Shown: positions 13,055-24,134 of the stretch, in pieces
How the letters are laid out: each line of letters opens with the position of its first letter
Numbering within the stretch: position 1 is the stretch's first letter
Assembly: GCA_023920165.1 (NCBI GenBank)
Contig: CP089275.1
Coordinates: forward strand, 2,170,001-2,234,000
Direction of reading: 5' to 3'
Length of the DNA: 64,000 nucleotides
Source of the DNA: Curvularia clavata
Taxonomy: Eukaryota
The notes under the pieces: generated by a model
The model's database searches: none
What the model saw: the letters and a program-made list of their open reading frames with translations, nothing else
What the model was told of the DNA's origin: nothing
Made by a program: the position numbers and the translations under genes

Positions 13055-14071
13055 ATGACGGAGATTCAACAGCAGCCCCAGCTCGACTGGGCCGGCGATG
13101 CCTTCAGTGCCCTGCATCCCTCAGCCATGAGCCACCACCACCATCCCCACCCACACGACAAATGGAACACGCCCTTCAGCAATCCCGCATCCATGTCCAC
13201 ACAAGCCTTCTCCATCCCTCCTTCCCTTCTAACTCACGCCACCCTGGAGCGATATGGCCAAGTCACGCCGCCTGAGGAGTTTTCCCCCACTCATCCCCTG
13301 CGCAGTGAGCGCGAGGGCTCTATTCCTGTTGAGCAGCTCCGCAATGAGACCACCTTGTGGCCCAAGAAAGAATCCAGTCCCGTGCAAATGACCCCGCCTG
13401 ACGAGTCCTCTCCCAACCGACGCCGCACAAGCAGGCAGTCGCTTACCAATCACGACACTGCACCACTACCAAGCGCTCCTGCACCACCCCAGCAACAACA
13501 CGTCGATCCCAACCCGCAGCCTCCGAAGCGCAAGCGGGGTCGGCCCAAATCTCAGCCCCAAATGGTAGAGGCCTATACCGCAGACGGCTATCCCTTTCAA
13601 GTCTCATCAGCTCGCCAAAACCACCTGGAAAAGAATCGCGTCGCTGCACACAAGTGCAGACAACGCAAGAAAGAGTACATTAACGGCCTCGAAGGCCGCG
13701 CCCGCGAATTCTCCGCCAAGAACAAAATGCTCAAGGAGAATGTTGCCCTGCTGCGCGAGGAGGTACTCAGTCTCAAGAACGAAGTGTTACGCCACGCTGG
13801 CTGTGGCTTCTGGGCTGTCGACGAGTACCTCGCCCGATGTGCCGGCGGCCTTCTCGGCATGGAAGTTCCACCCTCAGACATGTGCCATTCGGTATCACGC
13901 CAGAAAAGTATCCACCAAAGCCCCACCATGCCCGTCTCTCATCTCAACGGTCAACAAGCCCGCGAACCTAGCATGGCATCATCCATGGCCTCGGTAGACA
14001 CGGATGACATGGGTGGACTCGAGCTGCTCAAGGACTTCACCGACGAAGACATGGATGACATGGCCATGTAG
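13055..14071 (+). CDS. ATF/CREB-type bZIP transcription factor (AtfB/Atf21-like)
   Basis: Basic region HLEKNRVAAHKCRQRKKE, then a leucine zipper ending LLREEVLSLKNEVLRHAGC. Intronless, 338 aa. Confidence 0.9.
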   Translation: MTEIQQQPQLDWAGDAFSALHPSAMSHHHHPHPHDKWNTPFSNPASMSTQAFSIPPSLLTHATLERYGQVTPPEEFSPTHPLRSEREGSIPVEQLRNETTLWPKKESSPVQMTPPDESSPNRRRTSRQSLTNHDTAPLPSAPAPPQQQHVDPNPQPPKRKRGRPKSQPQMVEAYTADGYPFQVSSARQNHLEKNRVAAHKCRQRKKEYINGLEGRAREFSAKNKMLKENVALLREEVLSLKNEVLRHAGCGFWAVDEYLARCAGGLLGMEVPPSDMCHSVSRQKSIHQSPTMPVSHLNGQQAREPSMASSMASVDTDDMGGLELLKDFTDEDMDDMAM

Positions 14072-14595
14072 AAAACCCGTTGGCTATCTTGCCACACAGA
14101 GTTTCTGCCTTTGACACATCCTTCCACGTCCGCCTTGACTTTCCTTTTTGGTACCCGACCACTCTAACCATGGCTACGGTTTCTACTTTTCTCTCAACCA
14201 TCTTACGATACCCCCAGGTTTTGCTTAGCACGAAGCAACCTAAAAAGCTGTATTTTATTTTCCTTTCTTGACTTGCTTTGTAAGTTTTTCTACATATGTA
14301 TGCGGTAATGGCCGATCACGGTTAGGGAGACCCCCGCAGCAGCACCAACGAACTGATGAACTGGCGTTTGTGCAACCGGCTGAGACGGGCGTTTTACGAT
14401 TGCGTCTATAGTGATATGATTAGCATGCCAAAGAAAAGGTTGATGATGGTCATCATTGTCACTTTTCCCCAAATAGTTACAATAGCACATAGGCTAGACG
14501 TACATTCAACAACCATATTCATGTATCTCTTCCACAATACTGCAGCCTCCAACATGCCGACCCAATAAACCCTCAATTTGTACCACTAGCTAATA

Positions 14596-16990
14596 ACGTC
14601 CATCCCTAAGTCACGAGACGCACCCCGTCGCGAGACGAACACCAGGTACTTTGAGATCAAGAAATCATAATCTTCCAAGCGCGTCTGAATAATCTACAAT
14701 CTTCTATTAATAGCTTCTTAGCCTTCTTTAGCCTACTTCTATACTTTAAAATACAAAAATTACGTTGTCGTTGACGCATACACGCCGTGCGCAGTCAAGC
14801 CTTGAATTATGTCCAAATCTAAGCCCATGCTATACAGCATGACGCTTGACGCCTAGGAGTCTGTTAAGGTGATGAACTAACTTATCTAGGCTTCCGCATG
14901 TCCATATAGGTATATAAAGTCACCACCAGCCTTGTGGCGGTTGTCGCACGCTTGTTCATGCCCGATTGCCACCCTGGTCGGTACTTGAGATCGAAGTAGC
15001 TTCCTGATGCGGCTAGTACAGGTTGTGCCTTGCACGTATAATACAGATAGCGTGTAATTTACTTCCAGCCACTAATATGACTACTGTGGCTGTACTGACT
15101 GCTGACGCTGTTGCAAGTAAGCATATCCCTAAATAACATAACTAAATACTCCGTATTGTCATCACTAACTATCCTAACCTAATACATTCGTGCAACCGGC
15201 GCTATTCCCTGGACATTGCTCACTCTTGCCGTCTTGCTCTTTGGCACTGATGGGCCAGCCTCTGCTTCTACCTCAGTACTCTTTCGCTTTCTGCCATGTC
15301 TTACTATACTTGTGGACGCCGTGGCTTCTGCTGTCTCCTGCGCAGGGTTCTTGCTCTTCCGACCGCGCTTCCCTTTGGCTTTAGCCTTAGCTTCTTTGGC
15401 TGCCGCCTTTTCCGCTCGCTTCAGCCGTTTATCTTGAAGGTGCTCATAGCTAAACACCTGCCCGGACCCCTTCTCAAGTATATCGGCTCTGGTTGATCGT
15501 CGAGACTTGGCTTCGTTGTTGACCGCCATCAAGAGTTGGATATGGTTTTGCTGTAGAGCGCTCTTAGTCAAAGATAACTGGGTAGCTTTCGCGAGTTTTA
15601 GTAAGTGTTGCTGCAGGTTCTGCTTGGTTATCTCGTCAAGAGTATGAGCGTCCTTTTTTAAGATAAGGTTTTGCAACAACATAAGACCGTCTACTGATAC
15701 TGGTGTTATAGGCGTTTGTAGCACTGCATCCTCTTGACGAGGCGTTTCGTCGCTTACCACGAGAGTCGGTTCGGCTAGAGGTTTGGGCATAGTCCTCAGC
15801 ACTCTATCTGGATTGAGCGGGAACAAACCACTTGTAGCAAAACTAGCCTTGATGTTCTTAACTGTGAATGCTCGCTCCCTGGCCGGCTTGTATAGACAGG
15901 TAAAATGCTCCTTGCCGATAGCGTTGACGCCGCCTCGCTCTAATCGTTCGACCTGTTCACGGTAGGCTGTCTTCAGTGGGCCAAATACAGCAACGTCGCA
16001 AGGCTGAAGCTTGTGAGACGTATGAGAGGGCAGACGACACAAGATGATGCTGTTTGCAAAACAGTACTCTAAGATCTCAAGCGTCTCATGTGTCCCGAAG
16101 CCGTCAAGGATTAGTACAGACCGACCGCGGGTAGCGACAAAGGCGAGCGAGGGAATATGCTTGATTCGTACGGGCCGTCCGAGATCTGACATGTGTAAGA
16201 TGAACTTGACGAGCGCGCTCTCTTCCCATGGCGTCAGGTACTGCTGGCTCTGTGCCTTGTCCTGCATCGAAGGCCGGCTATGAGCGCGATGATGGAGGGT
16301 ACTGTGAGCGACTCCGCCGTGGTCTGCCAAGGTATGGTATGATCTACGCACGCCAGGAGGGACGCCTTGTGCTAACACTTGCCTTGCCTTATCCATGGTG
16401 GTTAGTAACAGTCTATAGTGCAAATGATGTCTCGTTACTTGGAGGGGTCGTGAGGCATGGGGACAACAAAGGACTCGTTCTCGTTCCAAGACCTATAACG
16501 CGCGCCACACTTATTTTTAGATATATAGAGCAATATGGAATAGCGCAAGAATACAATATAGTATTATGTTATTATTTTAATACAATTAAACGCATCTCGC
16601 CACCTAGGGATGCTTCTGTGCGTATCCTGCTCCGTACGGAGAAACTGCCGGCATCCACCATCTCGACAACTAAGCAGTGCTAAACTCTGGGATAACTATC
16701 TTTCGCGCTTGCGCTGCTTCTATAGATATCTGGATATATAATAGAGATGTAGAGTCGTATTTGGACAGGGGTAAAGCAGTAGAGAGGGGGCGAACCGTCT
16801 TCAGGAAAAGATCAGCGATATGTTCAAGTTCATAGGGATCTTATTCGGAAGATGTCCTGCTAGAGCAGCAATTGTATAGATTTGTATATATTCACTACAA
16901 CTTTATTGATTTGCGCGTTCGATTTTCCGAAGGCCCGAAGTGCAAACCCGTCTCGCCTCGGGGTGCGTCCCGGGTCTCAGGGATGGACAT
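14596..16990 (-). mobile_element. Fot1/pogo-family (Tc1-mariner) DNA transposon, internally deleted
   Basis: Imperfect ~40-bp TIRs (left ACGTCCATCCCTAAGTCACGAGACGCACCCCGTCGCGAGA; right reverse-complement ATGTCCATCCCTGAGACCCGGGACGCACCCCGAGGCGAGA). Flanked by TA at 14594-14595 and 16991-16992. Encloses a transposase ORF. Confidence 0.88.
15179..16396 (-). pseudogene. Truncated pogo/Fot1 transposase (N-terminal HTH fused in frame to the C-terminal half of the DDE domain)
   Basis: HTH/CENP-B-like start (..STLHHR..QQYLTPWEESALVKFI..) joins directly to VLILDGFGTH..LPSHTSHKLQPCD (D35D). The NMDETG segment carrying the first catalytic Asp is absent. Confidence 0.85.
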
Positions 16991-19280
16991 TACTCTACAT
17001 CTACCGGTCAACGCCAGGAAGCCGATGCCAGCTAGTCCCCACGTAGTTGCAGCAACCCAAGCAAGCAATCACCCAGCCAGAACCACCAGCCAGGCCGTGT
17101 TCAACAACCCCTAATCCTCTTTTCCCTTAACCCCACATGCACACACGCACGCCCAAGCTTCCGCCTCCCCTAACCCCTCTTGCCCTCCTTCGGGCGCGAC
17201 CCTTTATTTTTGACGTTTGACAGCCCCTAATGACGCACCAACGTCCTGACCTCCTATTGGTCTACGGAGCACACGTCCGGCCCAGGGTGTCATGTAAGAG
17301 GATCCGAGTGGTGGGGGGCGCCGCACCAATAGCCACACTCGCGTTGGTATGAATTGCGTATGTAGCCATGCGAGACAGGGTGTGTTTGATCTATGCGTTT
17401 GATGGAATAAACGTACAGGAAACTGCCGTGGTGTTATGTCATGTGCGAGGGCATCAAGGTTCTGATAGCAAGGTGGACAATGGACGCGTATGCAGGGTAG
17501 GTGTTTCTAGCTAGAGGAGGGGAAGATGGTAGGATAAGCGATGGGGAAGAGGAGGTAGGTGTGGCGGGAGGACCAAACATTGTTGCTTTTTGTGGTGTTG
17601 AGTGGTCTTATACTTTTGCTTCTTGCTTTGCGTGGACACAAGTTTTGGTCAAATTGTACCTCGGAATAATTATTCCACATGCCCTTCGCAAGATGCTTCG
17701 CTTCATCCTCATTGCGCATTCTTTTTTTTTTTTGGAGGTTCTCTGCTCAGGGAAGCCACATAGACGTCATTGTGTAGATTGCGCACCCCAAGACATGTGA
17801 GTTGACTTGAACTTACGCCCCTCTGTTTCATACATCATATTCTACAGGAGCAGAGTGGATCGCTGCATGTTAACGGCTTGGAAAGTGACACTCGTCGCTC
17901 TCTCGATCCCAATCTATGAAATCTCAATAGCTACGGGTCAGTATGCCGTTGGCTTGATCGGACTGCTTTGATGATGAAGCTCCGCTGGATTGAATCCTTT
18001 TCAAACACAGTCGATCAACACTCCCCCACTTTAAAAAAGACATGAGCCGCTGTCCCTAGCCCCTCGCTCTAAATGCAGATGCGTTCATCAGACCCCACTC
18101 GGAGATATTGGACGCTGGTGACTAGAATGACGGAAACAAGTGGAAAGAGGTAAACGAGACCTGGAATATGACGTACATTAGGTACTGGGATTGCGACTTG
18201 ATCGCCAGGGTAAAGCAAAGCCGCAGCCTGTCACGCTGCCTCTTAACCAAACGTGTGGTACGAGACCAGGTGGATGGATGGGGGCCGGTACGTAACGCTG
18301 AGCTGAGAGAGGGTGCGGCACAGAGGACTCATCCAACCTGGAGCATCTAGTGTAATCACTGGGCTTTTTCAAATTGCAGTTCCCAGCTCTTTCCCCTCTT
18401 CGAGTGTGATCAATCGCATGCACACGTGCTCTAGCCAAGTACCGTGGTTCTCCCCTAACAACCTTGGAAGCGCAGATCTTGAGTTGGAACCAGGGCTCGT
18501 GGTCGTCGACAGTAGCGTTGCCGTTGCGAAGTCCGCGGAAAAGGCCCATTTTATCATTGTACCCGCTCCCTAGCCATTCTTCTGGAGCTCCACTTTGGCC
18601 TAGCCGGCATGCAAGTCACGTCCAGCTCCCACGAGCGCGTGTGTGTAACGCCAAAGGAAAAAACTGGGGCTCAACGTCCAGAATTGGACCGCGAAAGAGG
18701 AGACGAGAAAAAAGCAGTGAAAATGAAAATAAGGGAAACGTTGGGTCCCCGCAAATCCAAGCAAGGAGGCGTCGCATGATAGGCCACGGAAAGCATCGCC
18801 TAAGCAGAAGCGATTTTGGCGGCTGCATAAAGGACAATTCACACTGTGCCATGTTTACCCAAAGGGAAATTCCCTTCTCAGTGTGCCTAGTCACAGCACT
18901 GGCACCGCAAACCTTCAGAACCCGATGCTGCGTGCAACAAAGCCGCTTGGTTCGCTGAGCCTCGACCAGTCTTCTACGGCGCAACTCGGTCTATCTATTG
19001 TTTTTTTCCTATTTCCAACCGGGAAACCCGCCCGCATGGTCTGTGGCTTGGGTCCAAACACGCGGCCGTGCCGTGCGTGTGAAATGTGCTCTACAAGTAG
19101 GTTGTACCCTGAAATAAATACAAGTGGAGAGCGTTGGTGTAAGAAAACAAAGTCGAACAGGAGAGAGTTGATGTAACGGCCGGTGGGCTATCAGACGATA
19201 TGATGTCATATGCTCACCACCAAAGCCAAACATACGCAAAAGGAAATAACGGGAAGGAGCGCCACAAGGCTGCCCACGTA

Positions 19281-19376
19281 CTCGTCCCACTGCATGGGAC
19301 TAGGCCCAATGCAGCAGTACTAAGTGTCCCACTTAGTCCTGTACAGCTCAACGCAAATCCCTAGCTCAACGCAAAA
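19281..19376. repeat. Left 96-bp terminal inverted repeat
   Basis: Exact reverse complement of 21121-21216. Contains two copies of AGCTCAACGCAAA. Confidence 0.95.
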
Positions 19377-19421
19377 CCATCACCTGCCCACCTTCTAAAA
19401 ACGCTGAATCACGTCAACATA

Positions 19422-21062
19422 ATGGCCTTTCGATACGGTAACGTGCTTGACATTGAAGATCGCATTAAAGATGCTCTTGACGCCCTCGGCAATGGAGAGA
19501 TCGCATCAGTGGCTGAGGCAGCGCGTCAATATAATGTCCCGTACAATCGACTGTACGCGCGTTCCCGCGGGCGATAGAGCAAGATGGACCGCCCTGGGGT
19601 AAATCGAAGGCTTAATCTAGCGCAGGACGAAGCTCTGAAGACTTACATACGACGCTGCGATCGTTTAGAGATGCCTGCCCTTGTTCCTTAAGTTATTGGC
19701 GCTGCGCAGCGTATCTTAGATATGGAAGATCTGTCAGGGAAGGCCCCACGCCTAGGCCGCAACTGGATTTCGCGATGGCTAAGGGACAACCCTGACTATC
19801 GAAGAAAGAAGCAGAAGAAGCAGGAGCTTAATCGTGTGGCTGCTAATACAGTAGGCAACTACGAAGCTCATTTCAAGCGTCTTAAACGCGTTATTGACGA
19901 CTACGCGATCTAGCAAGGCGACACCTACAATATGGACGAAACAGGCTTCCGTTTAGGCGTCGGTGGCAGCCAGTGGGTTATTACGACAGGTATTGACGCT
20001 GTACAATCAGGCAGCGATACAAATCGAGACTTCTGTACAGCAATTGAGACAATTTCCGGCGATGGAGTAGTCCTACCACCTTTCCTAGTCCTCAAGGGAA
20101 GCGCGCACCTAGAAAAGTGGTATAAAAACACCTCACTACCTGCTTCCTACGCCGTAACAGTTAGTGAAACTGGATACAATAACGACGAGCTCTCACTAGG
20201 CTGGCTAGAGCACTTCGACAGCTGGAGCAGGCGTCGCCAAACAGGCTTGTGGAGGTTGCTAATATTTGATGGATTTGGTTCACACTGCACAAAGGAATTC
20301 CTTGATTACTGCGACGCGCAGAGTATTGTGTGTTTCACGCTACTGCCTCATACTTCTCACAACCTACAGCCTCTTGACGTCGCTGTATTTCAATCATACA
20401 AAAAGCTCCATCGAAACGCTGTTGAAATAGCGACGCGGGAAGGCTGTGTTGACTATAATAAAGTTGAATTCCTGAACGGGCTACATCGCGTACGATAACA
20501 AGCCTTTAAACAATCGACAATCCGTACAGCCTGGGAGCTGGTAGGAATCTGGCCCTGGGACCCAGAGAGAGTGCTGTACAAGGTCTATCACCCTTCTCGA
20601 GATGAAACACCTCCACAAAGCTCGCTTGTCTTAACACCTACGCCAACAATATCTAGAACATTTGTCGAGTTTACAATTAAGACGAGAGAACAGTGTGAGG
20701 ATGGTACAATTACAATTAAGCGTGTTTTAAAGCTCACAAAGGCTTCTGTTATTAGTGGGCACGCGCAGGCCCTAGCAGAGCAAGAACTATCAATGATGAC
20801 AGTAGCTGCGCGCGCGCGTGCAGCTCGTCAAACTCCATCAACAAGGCAAGTATAGAAGGGAGGGATCTTGACTGCGCGAGAAGCGCGATCAAAAGTAGAC
20901 CAAAGGGCGAAAGCTGAGGCGTTGAGGGCGTTCAAAGCAGCTCAGCGATCAGCCAGGAAGAATACTATAGATCGAACTAAGTCTTAGTCGTCGCGCGCGG
21001 GGCCCTCTCAGCCCTCACAGATAATATTCTGTAACTACACCTACGAGAGTTTTGAGTCGTAG
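19422..21062 (+). pseudogene. DD35D transposase pseudogene with multiple in-frame stops
   Basis: Single frame from ATG 19422 containing an HTH, NMDETGF, LLIFDGFGSH and HTSHNLQPLD. Stops at 19575 (TAG), 19689 (TAA), 19911 (TAG), 20496 (TAA), 20853 (TAG) and ~20985 (TAG). No frameshifts. Original 3' end uncertain. Confidence 0.92.
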
Positions 21063-21120
21063 ATACTATATCTTACAAGATTGCTGAATAAATCAATCCT
21101 AGGTGCTATTGTTTTGTAAT

Positions 21121-21216
21121 TTTTGCGTTGAGCTAGGGATTTGCGTTGAGCTGTACAGGACTAAGTGGGACACTTAGTACTGCTGCATTGGGCCTAGTCC
21201 CATGCAGTGGGACGAG
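21121..21216. repeat. Right 96-bp terminal inverted repeat
   Basis: Exact reverse complement of 19281-19376. Confidence 0.95.
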
Positions 21217-22180
21217 TACTGCAAGTATTCGGGACCCGTTGGGTAGGTGGAAAAGCCGCAACGGTTTCGATAGAGCATGTTGGCAATGCTGCAGATTGGG
21301 AAGGGAGGGGCCGCGGGAGCACGAGCGGGGGGAATGCGGTTTGGGGGGGCTTGACTATCACAACGTGCGGCTGTTTGCGCCGCAGCCAATCGCAGGATGC
21401 TTTGCTTCCATGGCGATCATACACGGATGTGCACAGCGGTCTTGGGTACCGTACCCCTCTATACACAGTGAGATCGAGAAAGAGCACGTATGCAATGGCT
21501 GAGAAGAGCAACATGTCCGGTGCAATTGTATCTCAACTTCTACAGTAAGCGTAGTGTATCTTCTGCTGTAAGGGTACGGATAGGTGTCCTGGAAATCGGA
21601 TCAGCGCCAGACGCCTCATAGCCGCAAATCCCCACACTCCATCTTCTACGCGAAACACTATGATGTAGTTCTTCGCGACGAGTTTCTTAATAAAGAAGGG
21701 TAATCGTCATCTTCCCTCAGCTTGCTCGCACCTAGTATCCGAATATCCGCTTTCACATGAAAAAGAAACAAAGGTCTCTCGCTGTACCTTCCAACCCATC
21801 TACATGCCCAAGTCACATGATAGCTGGATTATATAACATGGCAAAGTAGTGAAACGTCGATATCTGACTCTACAAGGTTCAAGCCACAGAGCGTGTACAC
21901 CCAATGAGCTTACTGAGGACGGCGGTCCGACGCCAAACATGGAACATTCCACCATACCGTCCTAATGGAGTAAGTTTGAGCAAACTGTTGATGATAGTGG
22001 GGATTTTAGCCGGTGCGTTAACCAAACGGCCTTGCTATTCGTTTTGTGGTGAGTGTCGTGAATCTCTCAAAACAGATGTATGGGAATGTGCTACTTTGGG
22101 TTCGTGATTGGGGGCTGCGCAACATATGTGAAAAGGTTCATGTTCATCTGTGTATTTTCCATACTAAACACCAACACCGT

Positions 22181-23710
22181 CTATGCAGATATGGGCGTCT
22201 TGAAGACGAGTGCGACATGGTCATCGCCAGCTGTGACAACCGCCTCTCCGTCTCCTTGCACAAACGCCATGATGCCGCCTCCCTCACCACCACCCCGATG
22301 TCCCCGCCATTCGCCCACGAGCCCCTTGCCAGCTGCTGCAGTTCCACCTCGTGCATCCCACCGCCTCACAACACCGTCGTAACCCACGCTGGTCAACAGC
22401 CATCCTCCTGGCCCTTCCCTAGCGACAAACTCAAGCTTGACCACAGCTTGCGGTGACTCGTCGTCTGCATGGGCATCTTCTATCCGCCTTCGGACAGCAA
22501 AACGATGTGCGGTGTCGAATAAGGTAATAGAGCCGTCGACGTTGCCGGCAGCCATGAGGGTCAGCGGTGCAGCTGAGAAGCTCAAACATTCAACGTTGTC
22601 GCTTCCAGCCTGCAGACTGGCCAGAATTTGTCCAGCCTGGCCAGCTGATGATGCGCCACCCTTAGCACCAGCCTGCTTGCCACCTCCAGTCTTGTTCTTC
22701 GCACCTCCTCCACCAGCCGAGGTTGACGCTCCAGCGAGAGAAAGTCGGGGCAGACCGACAATGCGAATCTGACCTTCAGGACCACCCACGGCAACGAATG
22801 TGCCTGATGGCGCAATGCCCACAGAGTAGAGACCACCCTCAACACGGAAGCGTTCATCGTTGCCCGTCATGCCAACTACGGCCTGCGAGTCGGTTGTTGC
22901 AGTCAGACCTTGTGCTGCTGCCTCACCAAACACGTCCCAGACGTACAGGCTAGAGTCCTCAGAGATGGTCGCAAGAAATGTGCCGTCAGAGGACCACGCA
23001 CCCCCTGTACAAGACTCAGTGTGAAGGTAATATGCTTGCAGGACCTGTAGCTCGTTGCCCTTCTCTGTGCTAATCTGATACACCCAGACTGAGCCATCGT
23101 TGGCGCCGAGCGCGATAACATTGGGGTGGTCGGGTGAAGGGTTTGAAATAAGCCAGTTGATCTCCTCCACCTCCTGTGCTTCAGCCAGGAATTTCCATTT
23201 CTTGCCATCAGGTACACCCTGCCACACGCGTAGCTTGCCGTCCAGTCCAGCAGTTGCTACAAATTGACCCTTGGGCAGAGTAAAAGTAACAGCGTTGACC
23301 GAGTCGCTGTGTCCATCCAGTGTGAATATGCTCTTCAATCCTTCGCGCTCAGTGGGTTGGCCGTCGCTGCTCGGTTGTACTGCTGCAGCTGGTGATGCGT
23401 CGACAATGTAGCCCACGTCGTCGCCACCTCCTGTCGCAATGATTTCGCGATGTACGGGATGTTGCGCTATGCAGAAGATGCTGTCTTTGTGCTGGTCGAA
23501 GTGCGCAACCGAGTCGTTTTGTAGGTTGATTTCCATCTCGGTCTCCTGGCGGCCGTCATCATCATCGTCATCCGAGTCCATGGGCACATCGCCGTCATCC
23601 TCCAGAATCTCTTCTGCCTCATCAGCATCTAGTGTGTTGTCCACATCGTGTACGTCAATATCCTCCTCGTCGTGCTGGGGTTGATTCGAAGTGGGGTTGG
23701 GGATAGCCAT
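22181..23710 (-). CDS. SQT1: WD40 60S ribosome assembly chaperone Sqt1 (AAMP family)
   Basis: Acidic N-terminus, EINLQNDSVAHFDQHKDSIF, IATGGGDD and several GH..WD-type repeats. Intronless, 509 aa. Confidence 0.88.
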   Translation of the reverse strand: MAIPNPTSNQPQHDEEDIDVHDVDNTLDADEAEEILEDDGDVPMDSDDDDDDGRQETEMEINLQNDSVAHFDQHKDSIFCIAQHPVHREIIATGGGDDVGYIVDASPAAAVQPSSDGQPTEREGLKSIFTLDGHSDSVNAVTFTLPKGQFVATAGLDGKLRVWQGVPDGKKWKFLAEAQEVEEINWLISNPSPDHPNVIALGANDGSVWVYQISTEKGNELQVLQAYYLHTESCTGGAWSSDGTFLATISEDSSLYVWDVFGEAAAQGLTATTDSQAVVGMTGNDERFRVEGGLYSVGIAPSGTFVAVGGPEGQIRIVGLPRLSLAGASTSAGGGGAKNKTGGGKQAGAKGGASSAGQAGQILASLQAGSDNVECLSFSAAPLTLMAAGNVDGSITLFDTAHRFAVRRRIEDAHADDESPQAVVKLEFVAREGPGGWLLTSVGYDGVVRRWDARGGTAAAGKGLVGEWRGHRGGGEGGGIMAFVQGDGEAVVTAGDDHVALVFKTPISA

Positions 23711-24134
23711 TTTACAGGCTTTTCGCTTTCAATTGATGTGATGTAGTGTGGTGCAAGGTATTCTGTGCTCTCTGTGCTCTGATACCTGCACGATTATATA
23801 CTGTATGAGTCTTCGTCGTGTGTTGCTTAGAAATGTCAATTTGCGCCTTGGACGGCGAACTTTTTTGTCAGGGTTCTTGTCGGAGGGGCACAACGCCGAC
23901 CCCACACACGTCATTTGTAATCCACAATGAGGCTGAGCTGCAGCGTCAAGGACACTGCTGTTCTCTGACACCAAAAACTGGAATACTGTACAAGGCCCAC
24001 AGTGTATGCCCGTTTTGTGACATTCGGAAGCGTGTGCATACAAGCTATGGTGTCATTTTGCAATACCGCTATTATCTCTCGACTCTAGTACGGCTGTATG
24101 GAGAGAGAACTCTTCTTTTCAGATGGAACAAGAA

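Larger units (their letters stand above)
19281..21216 (+). mobile_element. Fot1/pogo-family DNA transposon, full length (1936 bp), inactivated by stop codons
   Basis: Identical 96-bp TIRs at 19281-19376 and 21121-21216. TA target duplication at 19279-19280 and 21217-21218. Contains a DD35D transposase relic. Confidence 0.95.

Noticed and set aside
17100..17230. Scattered CCCTAA-like units (telomeric relic or telomerase RNA template?)
   Set aside because: Not tandem, and no TAACCCTAA template-length match was found.
18178..18984. ORFs of 120-160 aa between the two transposons
   Set aside because: No domain resemblance; they overlap on both strands, consistent with chance.
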